From Ginglymostoma cirratum (lineage: Eukaryota), in contig JAHRHZ010000042.1 of NCBI GenBank assembly GCA_024137785.1, positions 24,486,128-24,550,127 of the forward strand: a DNA stretch of 64,000 nt, read 5' to 3'. Below are positions 1 to 12,379 of the stretch, piece by piece (position 1 is the first letter of the stretch; each line of letters starts with the position of its first letter). The translations under genes were made by a program, and so were the position numbers. The notes under the pieces are model-generated. The model ran no database searches. It was not told the origin of the DNA and saw only the letters and a program-made list of their open reading frames with translations.

Positions 1-101
1 CCTTTTCTGATGAAGGGTCTAGGCCCGAAACGTGAAGCTTTCCTGCTCCTCTGATGCTGCTTGGCCTGCTGTGTTCATCCAGCCCCACACCGTGTTATCT
101 C
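1..101 (+). mobile_element. Short PLE-derived hammerhead-motif element (family A), at window edge
   Basis: CTGATGA-A-GGG-TCTAGG-CCC-GAAA-CGT at 7-33 followed by cctgctcctctgatgctgcttggcctgctgtgttcatccagc...gttatctc, the same body as copies at 9.1, 15.1, 19.2, 20.6, 22.6 and 49.8 kb. Confidence 0.85.
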
Positions 102-1226
102 TGCTCTTTCAAGTAGCTCTTTTTGCAGATTTTGGTTACAGAACAGAACACAGGCTTGGGAAGGCTCTCCTTCTGTTTCTCAAACAGTAAAGCACCCAGT
201 TACAGCCCTGACTGTAAAGTAACATCAGGAAACTCAGAAAATAAAAGACGGCTGCACCATTCACTAGTGTTAAGGTCCAAAAACTCAATTAGCCAATTAT
301 GGTCTCAGGTTAAAACCTTATGCCTCGAGGATACAAAGAAAACACAAATATGCATATTCTTTATATTTTATTTTCCTTTTGTACTGGGCACTAGCCCCTT
401 GTAATTTTGTACCTGTGCGTGAGGACATCAGTGGCTGCCCAGAGACCAGGTATTTGACATTGCATCTTGATTACTTTTATTTGGTGTCACCAGGTAACAA
501 ACACACACCTTTTCCAAATCAAGATAACCTTGTGGTTGGCTCCTTGCTGTTACAATTAAAAAAAAACTATGTTTAAATTAGAGAAAATTACATTGCTGGG
601 TGTTGAAAACAGCAGAAAGCTGAAAAGAAGGGAGCAAATTCACACCTTCTCACTTTGGCTATGACGTGATAACAAATGCCTTTATCAAAGCATTTGTAAA
701 TAATGAAATGCAAAGTTGTCTCAGGTAAAAGCAGGTCAACTTTTTAACTCTTTTTCAGGCTGAGTTGTTCATAGAATTGTGTCCCTTGCTACATTGTAGT
801 TATCAGATTTCAGGGCAAGGAGACAAAATCAAAAAAGATCACGCAGCGGCCTTGCTACACGGCAGCATCATTCTTATTTAAGACCAGATATGTCATGTTC
901 CCTCCCCATGGTTATCAATAGATTCCTCTTATACCACTGTCCACCTAGTTGTCATCACAGCTGTCAGTATGATCAGCTCCACTTGAGTCAAATCCAAAAG
1001 CTACAATACTTGGACTTCATCTTACTTCAGCTCCTATGTAGTTTCCTTCAAAACAGACAATAGAAAACTTTTCTTACTGTATTTTCCACCGGACTGGCAG
1101 AAGTTTAATTTTAAACCATTCTATATTTTTAAGAAACTGATTATGCAATTGTTTTCATTTCAGCTTCCAGCATTTACAATTTTTAAGAATATGAAGCTGA
1201 AATTGTTTTCTTTGAGCAGAAAGACT

Positions 1227-1742
1227 TACCAATTTTTATGGATGCACAATAGAAAGCATTCTACCTGGATGCATCACAGCTTAGTATGGCAACTGCTTTG
1301 CCCAGGACTGTAAGAAACTACAGAGAATTGCGAACACATCCCAGTCCATCACACAAGCCAACCTTCCATCCATTGACCCCATCTATACTTCTCTCTGCCT
1401 CAGGAAGGTAGCCAACATAATCAAAGATCCATCCCACCTTGGTTATAATCTCTTTCACCCTCTTCTATTGCGCAGAAGATACAAAAGCTTAAACAGGCGT
1501 AACAACAGTGTCTTCCCTGCTGTTATTAGACTTCTGAATAGGCCTCTCAAATTTTAAATTTGTTTTTGATCTCGCTCTTTATGGTCCTTCTCTGCAGCCA
1601 TAACGTTGTATTCTTCACTCTGTTCTATTTCACTCATGCACTTTGTGTGGTGACGACCTGCCTGTACTGTGCGCAAAACAAAACTTTTCACTGTACCTAG
1701 GTACATGTGGCAATAATAAATTGAATCAAATCAAAATCAAAA
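1227..1742 (+). mobile_element. 5'-truncated Rex1/Babar-like LINE 3' end
   Basis: Reads NFYGCTIESILPGCITA*YGNCFAQDCKKLQRIANTSQSIT, typical of the Rex1/Babar RT C-terminus; ends with aataaa and a (tcaaa)n tail. Confidence 0.75.
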
Positions 1743-1948
1743 TTGTCCAGTGAGCTGTGCAACAACCTGCCCCTGGGCAAGTTTCTCAATTGACAATAGT
1801 TCCTGACAGGAAACCCAAAATTGCCAAATTCCAAGCTGAGAAGGCACAGCCATGTTCCTCTTCTTGACTCACTTCCACCCTTGGTTGGCTGAAAAAAGAT
1901 TAATTTGCAAGGGAATAAAGCCCAAAGAACAGTGGATATTAAAAATCA

Positions 1949-2045
1949 GTTCTGAAGAAGGGTTACTGGACTTGAAGTGTTAACTCTGCTTTATCTCCAC
2001 GGATGCTACCAGACTTGTTGGATTTTCCAAAAACTTCTGTCTTAA
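1949..2045 (+). mobile_element. Degenerate short hammerhead-motif element (family D)
   Basis: gttctgaagaagggttactggacttgaagtgttaactctg...gatgctaccagac matches copies at 17.7, 18.7, 26.3, 28.2, 46.3, 52.0 and 55.7 kb. Confidence 0.7.
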
Positions 2046-3384
2046 TTTGAAAGGATCCTTTCTCCCAGATCAAAAAAAAAATTCATATCTTAAAAAGGGG
2101 GCAACTTAACAGGCTTCCTTGAACTAGCCACCAACTGGTTTCACTAATTACAAAAAAATTAAAAGAATGCAACGCACAAATAAGAAATAGGGAGCAAGTT
2201 AAAAATAAAATATGCAAATTAGTCTTCATCATTCAAGAAGAGTAGATTGTAGAACGTTGACAGCTGAGCAGTTAAATTTTGAAATTCTTGGTAGGTTAAC
2301 CAAAATTCTTTTGTCCTGTTTCGTATTGGACGGGCTGACTAGCTGGCTTCCAGCACTCTAAGCAAGAGAATCTTTCTTACATCCAGTCTCTTTCTGATTT
2401 GTTTCCAGTGAAGACACCTTTAACTACAATGCACGAGTATGAATATGCCAAGGGGGTCGTGTGTGTTAGCTTGGATTCAGGTGCCAGTGTGCTGTTAATT
2501 TCACAATGAGAGACCGATTCACCAGTCTCCCCTGCCTTGCAATAAAAAGGCATCACCCCTCCAACTGCTGGAAGCCGTTTAAATTTAAATCTCTAATCTA
2601 AAAAGAACGTTAGCTCACCTGCAAAGCCAGGAACCTCAAAATCAACTGTTCAAATGTTGACGTCCCATGGCATACTCTGTGCAAATATCCTAATGTACCC
2701 TCATGACCTCAAGTACTTTAACTCTAATCTTTATTTTTGGATCCTTTTGGATTTTGGATTCACATTTTTGACCTATATTTGCCCGTTGTATTACTGTTTT
2801 TTTTCTTCTAAATTGACTTCTTTTAAAACATGAATTAATTTAGTCTGGGAGAAAGTTATCCACAAGGGTGGGGGATCAGTTTTAAATTAACCTTGATATG
2901 ATAAACGGAGGGGGTGGGTGAATAAAGAAAAGTTCGCTTATCCATCTCCACATAAAAGCTCAACAATTTGGGGCATCCCACTTGGAATGGCAAGAAACTG
3001 GGGGAACCTCACGTGGAGAACTGATTGTATCATTTGGTAGGTAGGATTGGGGATGTAAAGGAACAGTGCTGACACTTCCAGTAGTTTTCGGAAGGGATTC
3101 TGTGAGGTGTCAAGATCAAGATAAGGGAGGCCTATTTTTATTTTTTGTTTTAATTTGCGAGCTGTTTAAAAGAAAAGCAAAACAACTTTTCTGTTCTGGT
3201 CCCATGAAGTTTCTCAAGTTCACCTGATTTCACATCTGTCTTTTACAAATACAAAAAAAACAAGTTGGAGACACAAGCTCTTTACAATCAAAAATAATGA
3301 CCTACTTTGAGGAAAAAAAAAGTCTAGAAATCTGCAAGGAATCTAACGATGAGAAGATAAATGATGAGGAAGTTGCTTATTTTA

Positions 3385-3497
3385 CAATATTTTCTAATCA
3401 ACCTGTTCAGAGATGTTATGACACAGCTGTGGAGCAGTTGACATCTCCACTTGGGATTTCTGGCTGAGAGACAGGGATACTACCACTGAGCCACAAG
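3385..3497 (-). mobile_element. Short tRNA-derived SINE (~110 bp)
   Basis: Minus strand reads ttgtggctcagtggtagtatccc (A-box)...cataacatctctgaacaggttgattagaaaata; related heads at ~33275 and ~55235. Confidence 0.5.
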
Positions 3498-5837
3498 AAC
3501 TCGAAGAAGTGGTTTCTTCATTCCTCTTGAGATCTGAAGGGGATTGACAAATTGTCACCATCTCCAAGCCTGATGCAACATGCGTTACTGGCCTCAACAG
3601 CCACAATGGTTTCGCTGTACCCCTCTTTTCGAAATGGCAGTCAGATTTGATGCCATCATCAGAATTTGATCTGCACACGTGAATGACCTCAGTGATTGCT
3701 GTTGGTGGCCCACTCTGTATTCAGTACAACAGGAGAACACCGGAGGTCAGAAAGGACAGTCAAAACAGTGCAATTAAGTCTCACAGGCCATTTTCATAGC
3801 AGTCTGGTTTCCACCAGGCACAGCTAAAATCCATTCTTATAACTGACAGATAAGCTTCAACACAAAATATAAGCATGTCAGGTTAACAATGCTGAATTAC
3901 TTGCAACATTAAATTACTGTCCAAAGAGAATCAACAAACTTCTTTTTTTGTCTCAGGCATCCCTCTGTGACAAAGGTCAGTGCAAATTCTACCGTACTGT
4001 GTTGTACTTACATGCTTTAGTACAACTACTTGCTGAAATGTTCTCAGTTGCACAGGCAAACAGAATGTAAATTGGAACTGGAGACTCTCAGTGCTAGAAT
4101 GTTAGCTGGACAAATAGCTTTTCTTCTTCTCACCCCATTACTTGGTTGGTGTAATTACTGGAAACACTGACTCACAGTGATCAAAGGAGAAATCTCATTG
4201 CATTTAATGTCAACCTCCCACATACATCATTTCATTCGTCTTTTATTAGCTGTTCAACTCATTCTCTGAATCCAATCACACTCACCATTGCACTGTTACA
4301 ATATTTTCCTGTCAAAAATTCTCATTCATTCAGAATGTCTCTGCCAGCTGTTACAGCATTGTTGGAGATGTTTAAAGAGTTCTCAAAACCAATAAGGAAG
4401 TCAGAGCATCTCATGAAAAAATCTGTAAGTCCCTTGGTAGTACAGAACTTGTCTATTGGTGAAAAGAGAAATGTGTTGCTCAAGCTTTTCATCTTTTATG
4501 CATCAGGACAAATGCAATAAAGCTGAATTCCAAATGACAACAATTATTTAATCCTAACAGGCATTTTCCATTTGGAGACTGGAAGAAAAAGTATCAAGAG
4601 TGAACTTACAAGTTCACCACATGCATCAACTAATGGCCAATTTTGCAGCATTGACAGGAGCCTGGGAATCTACTTGGCACTGGCAGCTGGAAAAGGGACA
4701 CATAACATTAAATAAGTACTCTTTGGGAGATAGTATCACAATAAAAAGGCGTTCCATCATGGAAAACCAGCGCAAAAGGAGAAAACAAAGGAAACACATT
4801 GTTTTTACTACAATTCATTTCTACTTAGACCATATTCAGTTCAGGTGGTTTGACAGTTTCATGACACCAAGGAGGAAAGCTGAATATTATTATTTCATGA
4901 TGCATCATGTTCATCTTTCAAATCATTTGTGTTGTGAATCTCTTTCATAAAGTCACGAGATAAAACAAACTAATGAAAATAAAAGGTGGCAGACACGTGA
5001 ACTCTCTAGAGCTAAACTTCTTCACTTTGCAACTTACAACCTACTTCAGAAAATGGCAAGAGATTTGTTGAATCTAAAGATAAATTAAAAGGGAGTTTGC
5101 TAGTTTAGAATAATGGAGTGCAGCTCCAGTAATTATGAGATTACCACCTTCTGCAGCTCAAACTAGTTTGGTCATTGACAGGTGACAGAAACCAATTTAC
5201 TGGTTTTATAACATAGTAAAAGTTCACATGTGGAAGTACAGCAAACTTTTCATTAACCTGCATCTATGGGACCAGGAATGTGCTGGTTGATTCCAGATAA
5301 TCAGTAGTCACGCATAACTGCAGTAAAACCTGACCAAGTGAAGCTTCAACACATCTGTGTAAAAAATAAGCACACCTCCTAAAATCAATATAAAAACACA
5401 CAGTAAGTGTTAGAAATGTAACGCAGAAGCTATAGACGTCTCTGTCATGCTTTATTGACAGCATAAATACTCGGACATCATAGTAGATTGCACTACCTGA
5501 GGTATAAAATTTTTGCCTGTTTATCAAGAGTGTCGGTTGATGAGGTGCCGGTTAGAATAAAGTTTCCTGTATTTTGTTCATGGATTAAACAAGCCAGCAA
5601 ACTATAACAATAAAAAAAAAAGCCAATAAAATTCTGTCACGTCCATTTTTCACACATGCATCAGAATTCCATGAAATGACCTCTGATGCCGATCCATGAA
5701 GCATTCAAATTTTAATCATGAAAATTCTTTATAAATATGCCAACTAAAATAAAAGAATGGAAGTTTTGACTCCACGTTGTCAAACGCTATAACATTATTG
5801 CATAGGTTCGGCATAGTGCTACCAAAATCGACGGCAT

Positions 5838-7125
5838 ATAACATAGAATAGTTTAGCACAGGAACCAGCCCTTTGACCCACCATGTCTGCGCAGAGCATA
5901 ATGCCATTCTAAACCAATCCCATCTGCCTGCACATGGTCCTAGTCCCTGTATTTCCTACCTGTTCATGTATCTATCTAAATGCCTCTTAAAAGTTACTAA
6001 CATTTCTGCTTCTACCACCTCCCATGGCAGCAATTTCCAGGCACCTACCACCCTTTTTGTGAGAACTTTCCTCATACGCCTCCTTTAAATTTTCCCCTCT
6101 CACCTTAAACCTATGTCCCCTAGGATTTGTTTGACATCTCCAGAAAAATACTCTGACTATCCACCCTACCTATCCTTCTTATAATTTTATATACTTCTTT
6201 CAGGCCACACCTCAGCCTCCAACACTCCAGCAAAAACAATCTAAATTCGTCTGACCTCTCCATGTACCTAATACACTCAAATCCAGGCAACATCCTCGTA
6301 AACCTCTTTTACACCCTCTCCAAAGCCTCCACATCCTTTTTACAGTGTGGCAGTCAGAACTGCACACAATACAGTACTCCAAATGCAGTAACGCTAAAGG
6401 TGCAACATGAGTTGCCAACGTTTATTCTCAATGCCCCAACTAATGAAGGCAAGCATGTTGTATGGCTTCTTTACCACCTTGTCCACTTGTGTTGCCATTT
6501 TAAGGGAGCTATGGATTGCAGCCAAGATCCTTCTGCGTATCAATATTTCTTACTGTGTACTTACCTCTTGCATTTGACCTCCCAAAATTCATAGCTCCAC
6601 ACTTGTCCAGATTAAACTCTATCTACCATTTCTCCATCCAACTTTCAAACTGATCTACATCCTTCTGTATCCTTTGACAACCTTCCTCACTATCCACAAC
6701 TCCACTCATTTTCATGCTGTCTGCTAATCTACTAATTGAGCAACTACACTTTCATATATGTTTCACAAACAACAGAGGTACCAGCACTGATCTTAGTGAA
6801 GCACAACTGATCACAGACACCCAGTCAGAAAACTGCACCCTCTCCACAACTACACTTTGTCTTTTATGATTTTGTATCCAACTTACCAACTCATCATGGA
6901 TCCCATGTGACTTAATCTTCTGCACTAGTCCACCATGACCTGACCTTGTCTAAATGCTGTTGTAAAGCACATGTGGACAATAGTCATTGCCCTACCCTCA
7001 TCATCATCTTTATCACTTCCTCAACAAACTCAATCAAATTTGTGGGACAAGACCTCCCCGACACAAAGCCAGCTGACAATCCCTAATAAGTCCATTCTTT
7101 TCCAAGTGCAAGTAAATTGATATCA
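5838..7125 (-). mobile_element. CR1/HER1-type LINE, 3' portion (RT C-terminus and 3' UTR), degraded
   Basis: Minus-strand peptide LHLEYCIV corresponds to CR1 RPHLEYCVQFW; short-repeat tail ttctatgt at 5838-5850; similar in reverse complement to 40.1-41.4 kb. Confidence 0.85.
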
Positions 7126-7271
7126 ATTGAATTCCTTGAATTTTACAAGCAGAAAGAAAATATTTGAACACTGCTAAATTCTCTTGGTAACACAAAGAAT
7201 GTAACCTATATCCTAGCAATGAGTAAGAGGAATATCTGAAAGGTTGGTCTAACTTCTGTCTGTTTACCTTC

Positions 7272-7800
7272 CCATTTCAGGAGGTCCTGTACCCGGTCAG
7301 AAACATCCATGACATTGGCACCAGGAGGCAACATACCATCCTCAAGTCTCTCTTGTGGTCACAGAAGCACCTTTCTGTGCCCCTGACTATTAAATCTCCA
7401 GTTATTCCTGTTCTACCATGCTTTATCCCTTCCCTCTGTACAGCAGGGCCAGCCGTGGTGCCATTGCTCTGGCTGTTGCTGCTGTTACCAAAATGGAATG
7501 CTTGTTTGGCAGGGGGGCAGCTGCAGGGGATATCCGCACTGACTGTCTGCCCTGTCCAGTGGTCACCCATCTATCTTCCTGTGCCTTGGGTGTGACCACG
7601 CTTCCATAACTTCTATCCATGACACTCTCTGCCATTTGTGTGCTCCTTTGGGTCTCTAACTGCCACTCAAACTGATCCATTCATTCAGTGACCTGCTGAA
7701 GATGGGTGCACTTGCTGAAGATGTAATTATCAGGGATGTTCTCTGCGTCATGATTGACCACATCTCGCTAAAGGAGCACAAAGTCCCACCAACTGATAGG
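7272..7800 (-). pseudogene. CR1 LINE ORF1 fragment (coiled coil plus start of SGNH-esterase domain), frameshifted
   Basis: ORF-track peptides VVTPKAQEDRWVTT, PLPNKHSIL and ITGDLIVRGTERCFCDHKRDLRMVCCL match the GDSIVRG...RMVCCLPGA motif of fish CR1 ORF1; same strand as 5838-7125, probably one internally deleted element. Confidence 0.75.
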
Positions 7801-9177
7801 ACTAAGCCTCTATTAGCTGTTAGATTACAAGTTAAATTTTAATTAGTTACCTAAACCTTAGTTATTCCTTTCTAAAAAATAGCACCACACACCCCACCCC
7901 TCCCCCCAACACCAACTCCCTGCACTAACCAGAAGACAAACTAACTGTATCCTTTAGAAAGACTGAGACATGCTTACCCTGCACTGCTGTGAAATTCCTT
8001 CATCTGTAGCACCACAGGAATGAACGGATTCAAACAAACTGGTCGTGACCAGACAGAAACCATGCTCCCTTTTCCCCCCGTGACATCAGCAGGATGAGTG
8101 GTTGCTGGCTCGCCGTGAAAGCAACACGCCTGACCCGAAACTAGGCCCCAGAAACTCCGCGTTCAATTTTAAATCTGCGCCGGTTTAGACTCCTCCATTC
8201 AGCTCCTGCTGCTAGCTCCTCCTAAAAAGGAACGTGCCCCAAACCGCAACTGAAATGTGCAAGCACGATGAGCTTAGTTTTAAAAAGGAATACTTGATGG
8301 TTGGGCGTGATTGCTCTGTATGAGATTTTTAATTCAGCATTACATCTATGGTTAAAAAATTTGTAAAATTATTGATTCAGTTGGCCAATAGGATTGCCTC
8401 CATTGGTAGTGCAGTCATATTAGCCAATTACAGCCAGTTTAGAAAAAAGACCCATTGATTTCCTTCTGTTTCCCTCCTCATACTCCTCCCCTCATCTTTG
8501 AACTCCTTATCTTCTCATCATATACCCCAAAACCAATGCCGATGCAACATGCCATATTATTCCCCACTGAGTCTATCAACTTTTAAGTCGTAGAAAGATC
8601 TTCTATGAACACAGCAGCAGCTTGCAGAAACCAGCCAGCAGCGATTTATGTGAAAGTAGTTAAAAAGCAGTTTAAAAAGGACCAATGCGGGTGAGCTAGG
8701 GCTTGTCTTCCTGCATCTTCAGCAATGCCGAGTTAACAGAAGGTTGGGGCACTCAGGTTCCAAATGGTGGTGCTGGCATCAAGTAAGCATGACATGTTGA
8801 CAGACATCACCCCCCTGTTACTTATTTACTTACTTACAGGCATGATCTCCCTATGCCTGTTCACAAGACAGACGTAAATGAACCCAAAATGGCACTCGTA
8901 GCACTGAAAATGTGGGAGAAGGCAACCAAATAGGACACATATCCTCATATCTGCTGTGAAGCCCCTCATCTCCACTCATCACGATTCAACGGGCTTGCTG
9001 AAATGCAGACTCAATGGAAAAATAAGGAAGCAAACCTAGGTCCTTCTACCTATCTGCAGAAAAGCTGCTAAACTGTAATCTTAGATAAAAGGTACTGCAG
9101 ATGCTGGAGAATCCGAGATAACGAGCATGGGGCTGGATGAACACAGCAGGTCAAGCAGCATCATCGGAGCAGGAAAA

Positions 9178-9211
9178 CTTGACGTTTCGGGCCTAGTCCC
9201 TTCATCAGAAA
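9178..9211 (-). ncRNA. Minimal type-I hammerhead ribozyme motif
   Basis: Minus strand: TTT-CTGATGA-A-GGG-ACTAGG-CCC-GAAA-C-GTC-AAG; full catalytic core, GUC triplet, weak 3 bp stem I. Confidence 0.7.
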
Positions 9212-9214
9212 TGA

Positions 9215-9248
9215 TTTCTGATGAAGGATCTAGGCCTGAAACGTCAAG
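9215..9248 (+). ncRNA. Minimal type-I hammerhead ribozyme motif
   Basis: TTT-CTGATGA-AGG-ATCTAGG-CCT-GAAA-C-GTC-AAG, back to back with the minus-strand copy. Confidence 0.6.
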
Positions 9249-9260
9249 TTTTCCTGCTCC

Positions 9261-9660
9261 NNNNNNNNNNNNNNNNNNNNNNNNNNNNNNNNNNNNNNNN
9301 NNNNNNNNNNNNNNNNNNNNNNNNNNNNNNNNNNNNNNNNNNNNNNNNNNNNNNNNNNNNNNNNNNNNNNNNNNNNNNNNNNNNNNNNNNNNNNNNNNNN
9401 NNNNNNNNNNNNNNNNNNNNNNNNNNNNNNNNNNNNNNNNNNNNNNNNNNNNNNNNNNNNNNNNNNNNNNNNNNNNNNNNNNNNNNNNNNNNNNNNNNNN
9501 NNNNNNNNNNNNNNNNNNNNNNNNNNNNNNNNNNNNNNNNNNNNNNNNNNNNNNNNNNNNNNNNNNNNNNNNNNNNNNNNNNNNNNNNNNNNNNNNNNNN
9601 NNNNNNNNNNNNNNNNNNNNNNNNNNNNNNNNNNNNNNNNNNNNNNNNNNNNNNNNNNNN
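9261..9660. other. Assembly gap (400 N)
   Basis: Run of n. Confidence 1.
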
Positions 9661-11590
9661 GGAGCAGGAAAACTTGACGTTTCAGGCCTAGATCCTTCAT
9701 CAGAAATCATTTCTGATGAAGGGACTAGGCCCGAAACGTCAAGTTTTCCTGCTCCGATGATGCTGCTTGACCTGCTGTGTTCATCCAGCCCCATGCTTGT
9801 TATCTCTTAAACTGTAATCTTAACTGTTTTCACCTTTTACGATTTCCGATTTTGCAATTTAACAGACAAAATGCAGCATGTTTGATGCAACACATAGTTG
9901 GTCAGCCAATGTCAGTTTGAGGTTATAAGACATGTTACGGCTTACAGATTTTCAAACATTATGTCAAGAAATGTTTCATTTTTCCAGAATTCATATCCAC
10001 ATTAAATAAATGCAACATGTAATTAAGTGGCAGGTGTGAATTTAATCCACTATACTTGGGGGCTTTTGGGATGTTTGGAGTGTTTGCAAAAAAAAATGGT
10101 TTGAATTTGAACCTGGCTGTTGTCACTATGACTTTTCATAACATTGAAAAAACTGCATACTGGTCTGCAAAAGTTTGTTTTCATTCTGAAGGAAGTATCC
10201 GTCTGTAATGCATCAAAGAAACTGCACTGAAACTGTGCAAAGATGGGATACAAGATGACAAATTTAGGTACACAGCGCATTAGTTTAATAGTCCATTAAC
10301 ATTAGAGTCATTGCTCCCAGTCTTACCATATCTAGATGGAGAAATGCAGTTTTCAACATTTAATAACCGTGACATGCTGCCATTTTGAGCAATTTTACCT
10401 CAAGTAATAAGAAATTTAATATGAATTAGAGGGAATTGCAAAGTCATTCCAAAAGCTCTGCAAGATTACAGCAGTACAAGCTGGTTGAAACAAGCTGACA
10501 CTTTCCAGTGCTCTCACATTGAGCTGGATGTGTAAGTACTGCCAGACAACCAATACTGACAGCCTTGTATAATATGGTTATCAATCTGCTAACAGGAGGT
10601 TGTAATATGCACTGTGAAAAGCATGGTCTGGTCATATGAGATAAATCACTCATTTCAGAGATGGCTGTTTAATCAATGTTAATTTGGCAACACAATTTCC
10701 TTCTCTCAAACAAAATTGCTGGGATTAGTGGCAAAATGTTATCAGCAAAATCAACCGCTAATTTTCATCAAATGGAAAGTAATTAACATTTGCTGCCTAT
10801 GAAATTACTGTATTAATGTGTATGCTGCACACACACACACACAAGCATACATGCTTGTCAAGCTGTTGAAAAAAGGACAAATTTGCAATTGTGTTTTCAT
10901 AAATGACTCAACTACATGTTATTGAAATCAGCCGGTTTGAACCTCTACCGCACTGTTAACAAGAGGCAGGGAGATTAATTGCAACCCAGAACTGTAAAAG
11001 GCAGAAAAATGTCAAACAAGCTACAACATTTGAAATATGAAAAGCCAGTGGCTTTGAGTCTGCAGTCATTCAGCTGAATGCTCCTTTCCTTGGTGAACCT
11101 TTGGACCTGTTCTTTCATGACACTCACTCACAGACTTTCCATGGGTTTTTACAACTTAAAATCCAAGTGAATCAAAAGTGCCCTCTGCACTGTATCAGAC
11201 CTGTGTGTCGAGGGAAAACAACTGTATGTCTAGCTTGATGATTCTGATCTACAAATCCGTAATAAGCAATGCAAGGAATAAGCCAGCGAGTTTCAATTAG
11301 AATAATTAACAAAGCAAATTGAAGGCAGGAAAACAAAGATTGGATGAAGAAAGGTAAATTGGAATGCAGAATGCACGAGAGGAAAACATTTTTTTTCTTT
11401 TTCTTCATCTCTAACAATAGCATAAATCTCTCAGAATTAGACTTCACATTTAATTTTCATTGCCAAAGAGATTAGGTAGAGATAGTCTAGACTAAGACAG
11501 GAAAAAATTTTGTTCTGCTGATATGATCAAGCTTAATTTTTTTTTTAGTTGAGGTTAGTGCTTGGATCAGGTCCATACAGAGTTTGACAC

Positions 11591-11995
11591 TGAGTCATAC
11601 AGTCATCATACAGCACAGAAACAGACCCTTCAGTCCAACTAATCCATGCCACCCATAATCCCAAACTAAACTAGTCTTGCGTGTCTGCGCTTGGCCCATA
11701 TCCTTCCAAACATTTCTTCTTCATGTATGTATCTAAATCTCTTTTAAATATGGCAACTGTGCCCGCATCCATGGCTTCATCTGGAAAATCATTCCATACA
11801 CAAACCACTGTGTGTAAAAACATTGCCTCATGTCTTTTTTAAACTTTCTCCTCTCATCTTAAAAATATGCCCTCCTTGGTCTTGAAATCTCCCACCATAG
11901 GGAAAAGGTACATGCCATTCCCCTTGTTTATATCCCTTATGATTTTATAAACCTCTGTAATGTTAACCCTGAACCTCCTACGCTCCAGTGAAAAA
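11591..11995 (-). mobile_element. CR1/HER1 LINE 3' end
   Basis: Reverse complement matches 33500-33892 (ggactgaagggtctgtttctgtgctg...atgactc tail). Confidence 0.85.
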
Positions 11996-12379
11996 AAAAT
12001 TCCTGATTTATACGATTAACTCTGCATGTGGAGTTCATGTATAATTGTAGCAATGGAAAAGAGGGCTAGGAGATTCTGCTTTGTACCACAGGCCTATTAT
12101 CTACATAAATTGGTGAAACCAAATCATAGCTTTCTAAGTACAATTTGTGTTCACTGGAATCTCTACAATCATTTACATTAGCTTTAAAAAGTCATTTTGT
12201 ACTTTAGCCCTGCCTATTAAACTTGCCAACCCTGGAGGGTAGATTAAAAACATTTGCAGTTTACAAGCTTTGAATGAAGCTTTATATATTCAGTTGATTT
12301 TACTGGATGCAAGAAAACTAATAATCAGTAGGAGCATTAGCAGATATTGAAGGAGATATTTTGGAATACACAATATTGA

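Larger units (their letters stand above)
9084..9807. mobile_element. Palindromic hammerhead-motif mini-element (family A) spanning an assembly gap
   Basis: Flanked by perfect 15 bp direct repeat taaactgtaatctta (9069-9083, 9808-9822); arms are inverted repeats centred on cagaaatgatttctg. Confidence 0.85.

Noticed and set aside
8300-8440. Cluster of CCAAT/ATTGG boxes
   Set aside because: No TATA, CpG island or downstream exon; adjacent to a probable LINE 5' region, so it cannot be supported as a promoter
9081-9810. Four long ORFs (156-237 aa) on both strands
   Set aside because: They are open only because they run through 400 N; identical translations on both strands reflect the palindrome
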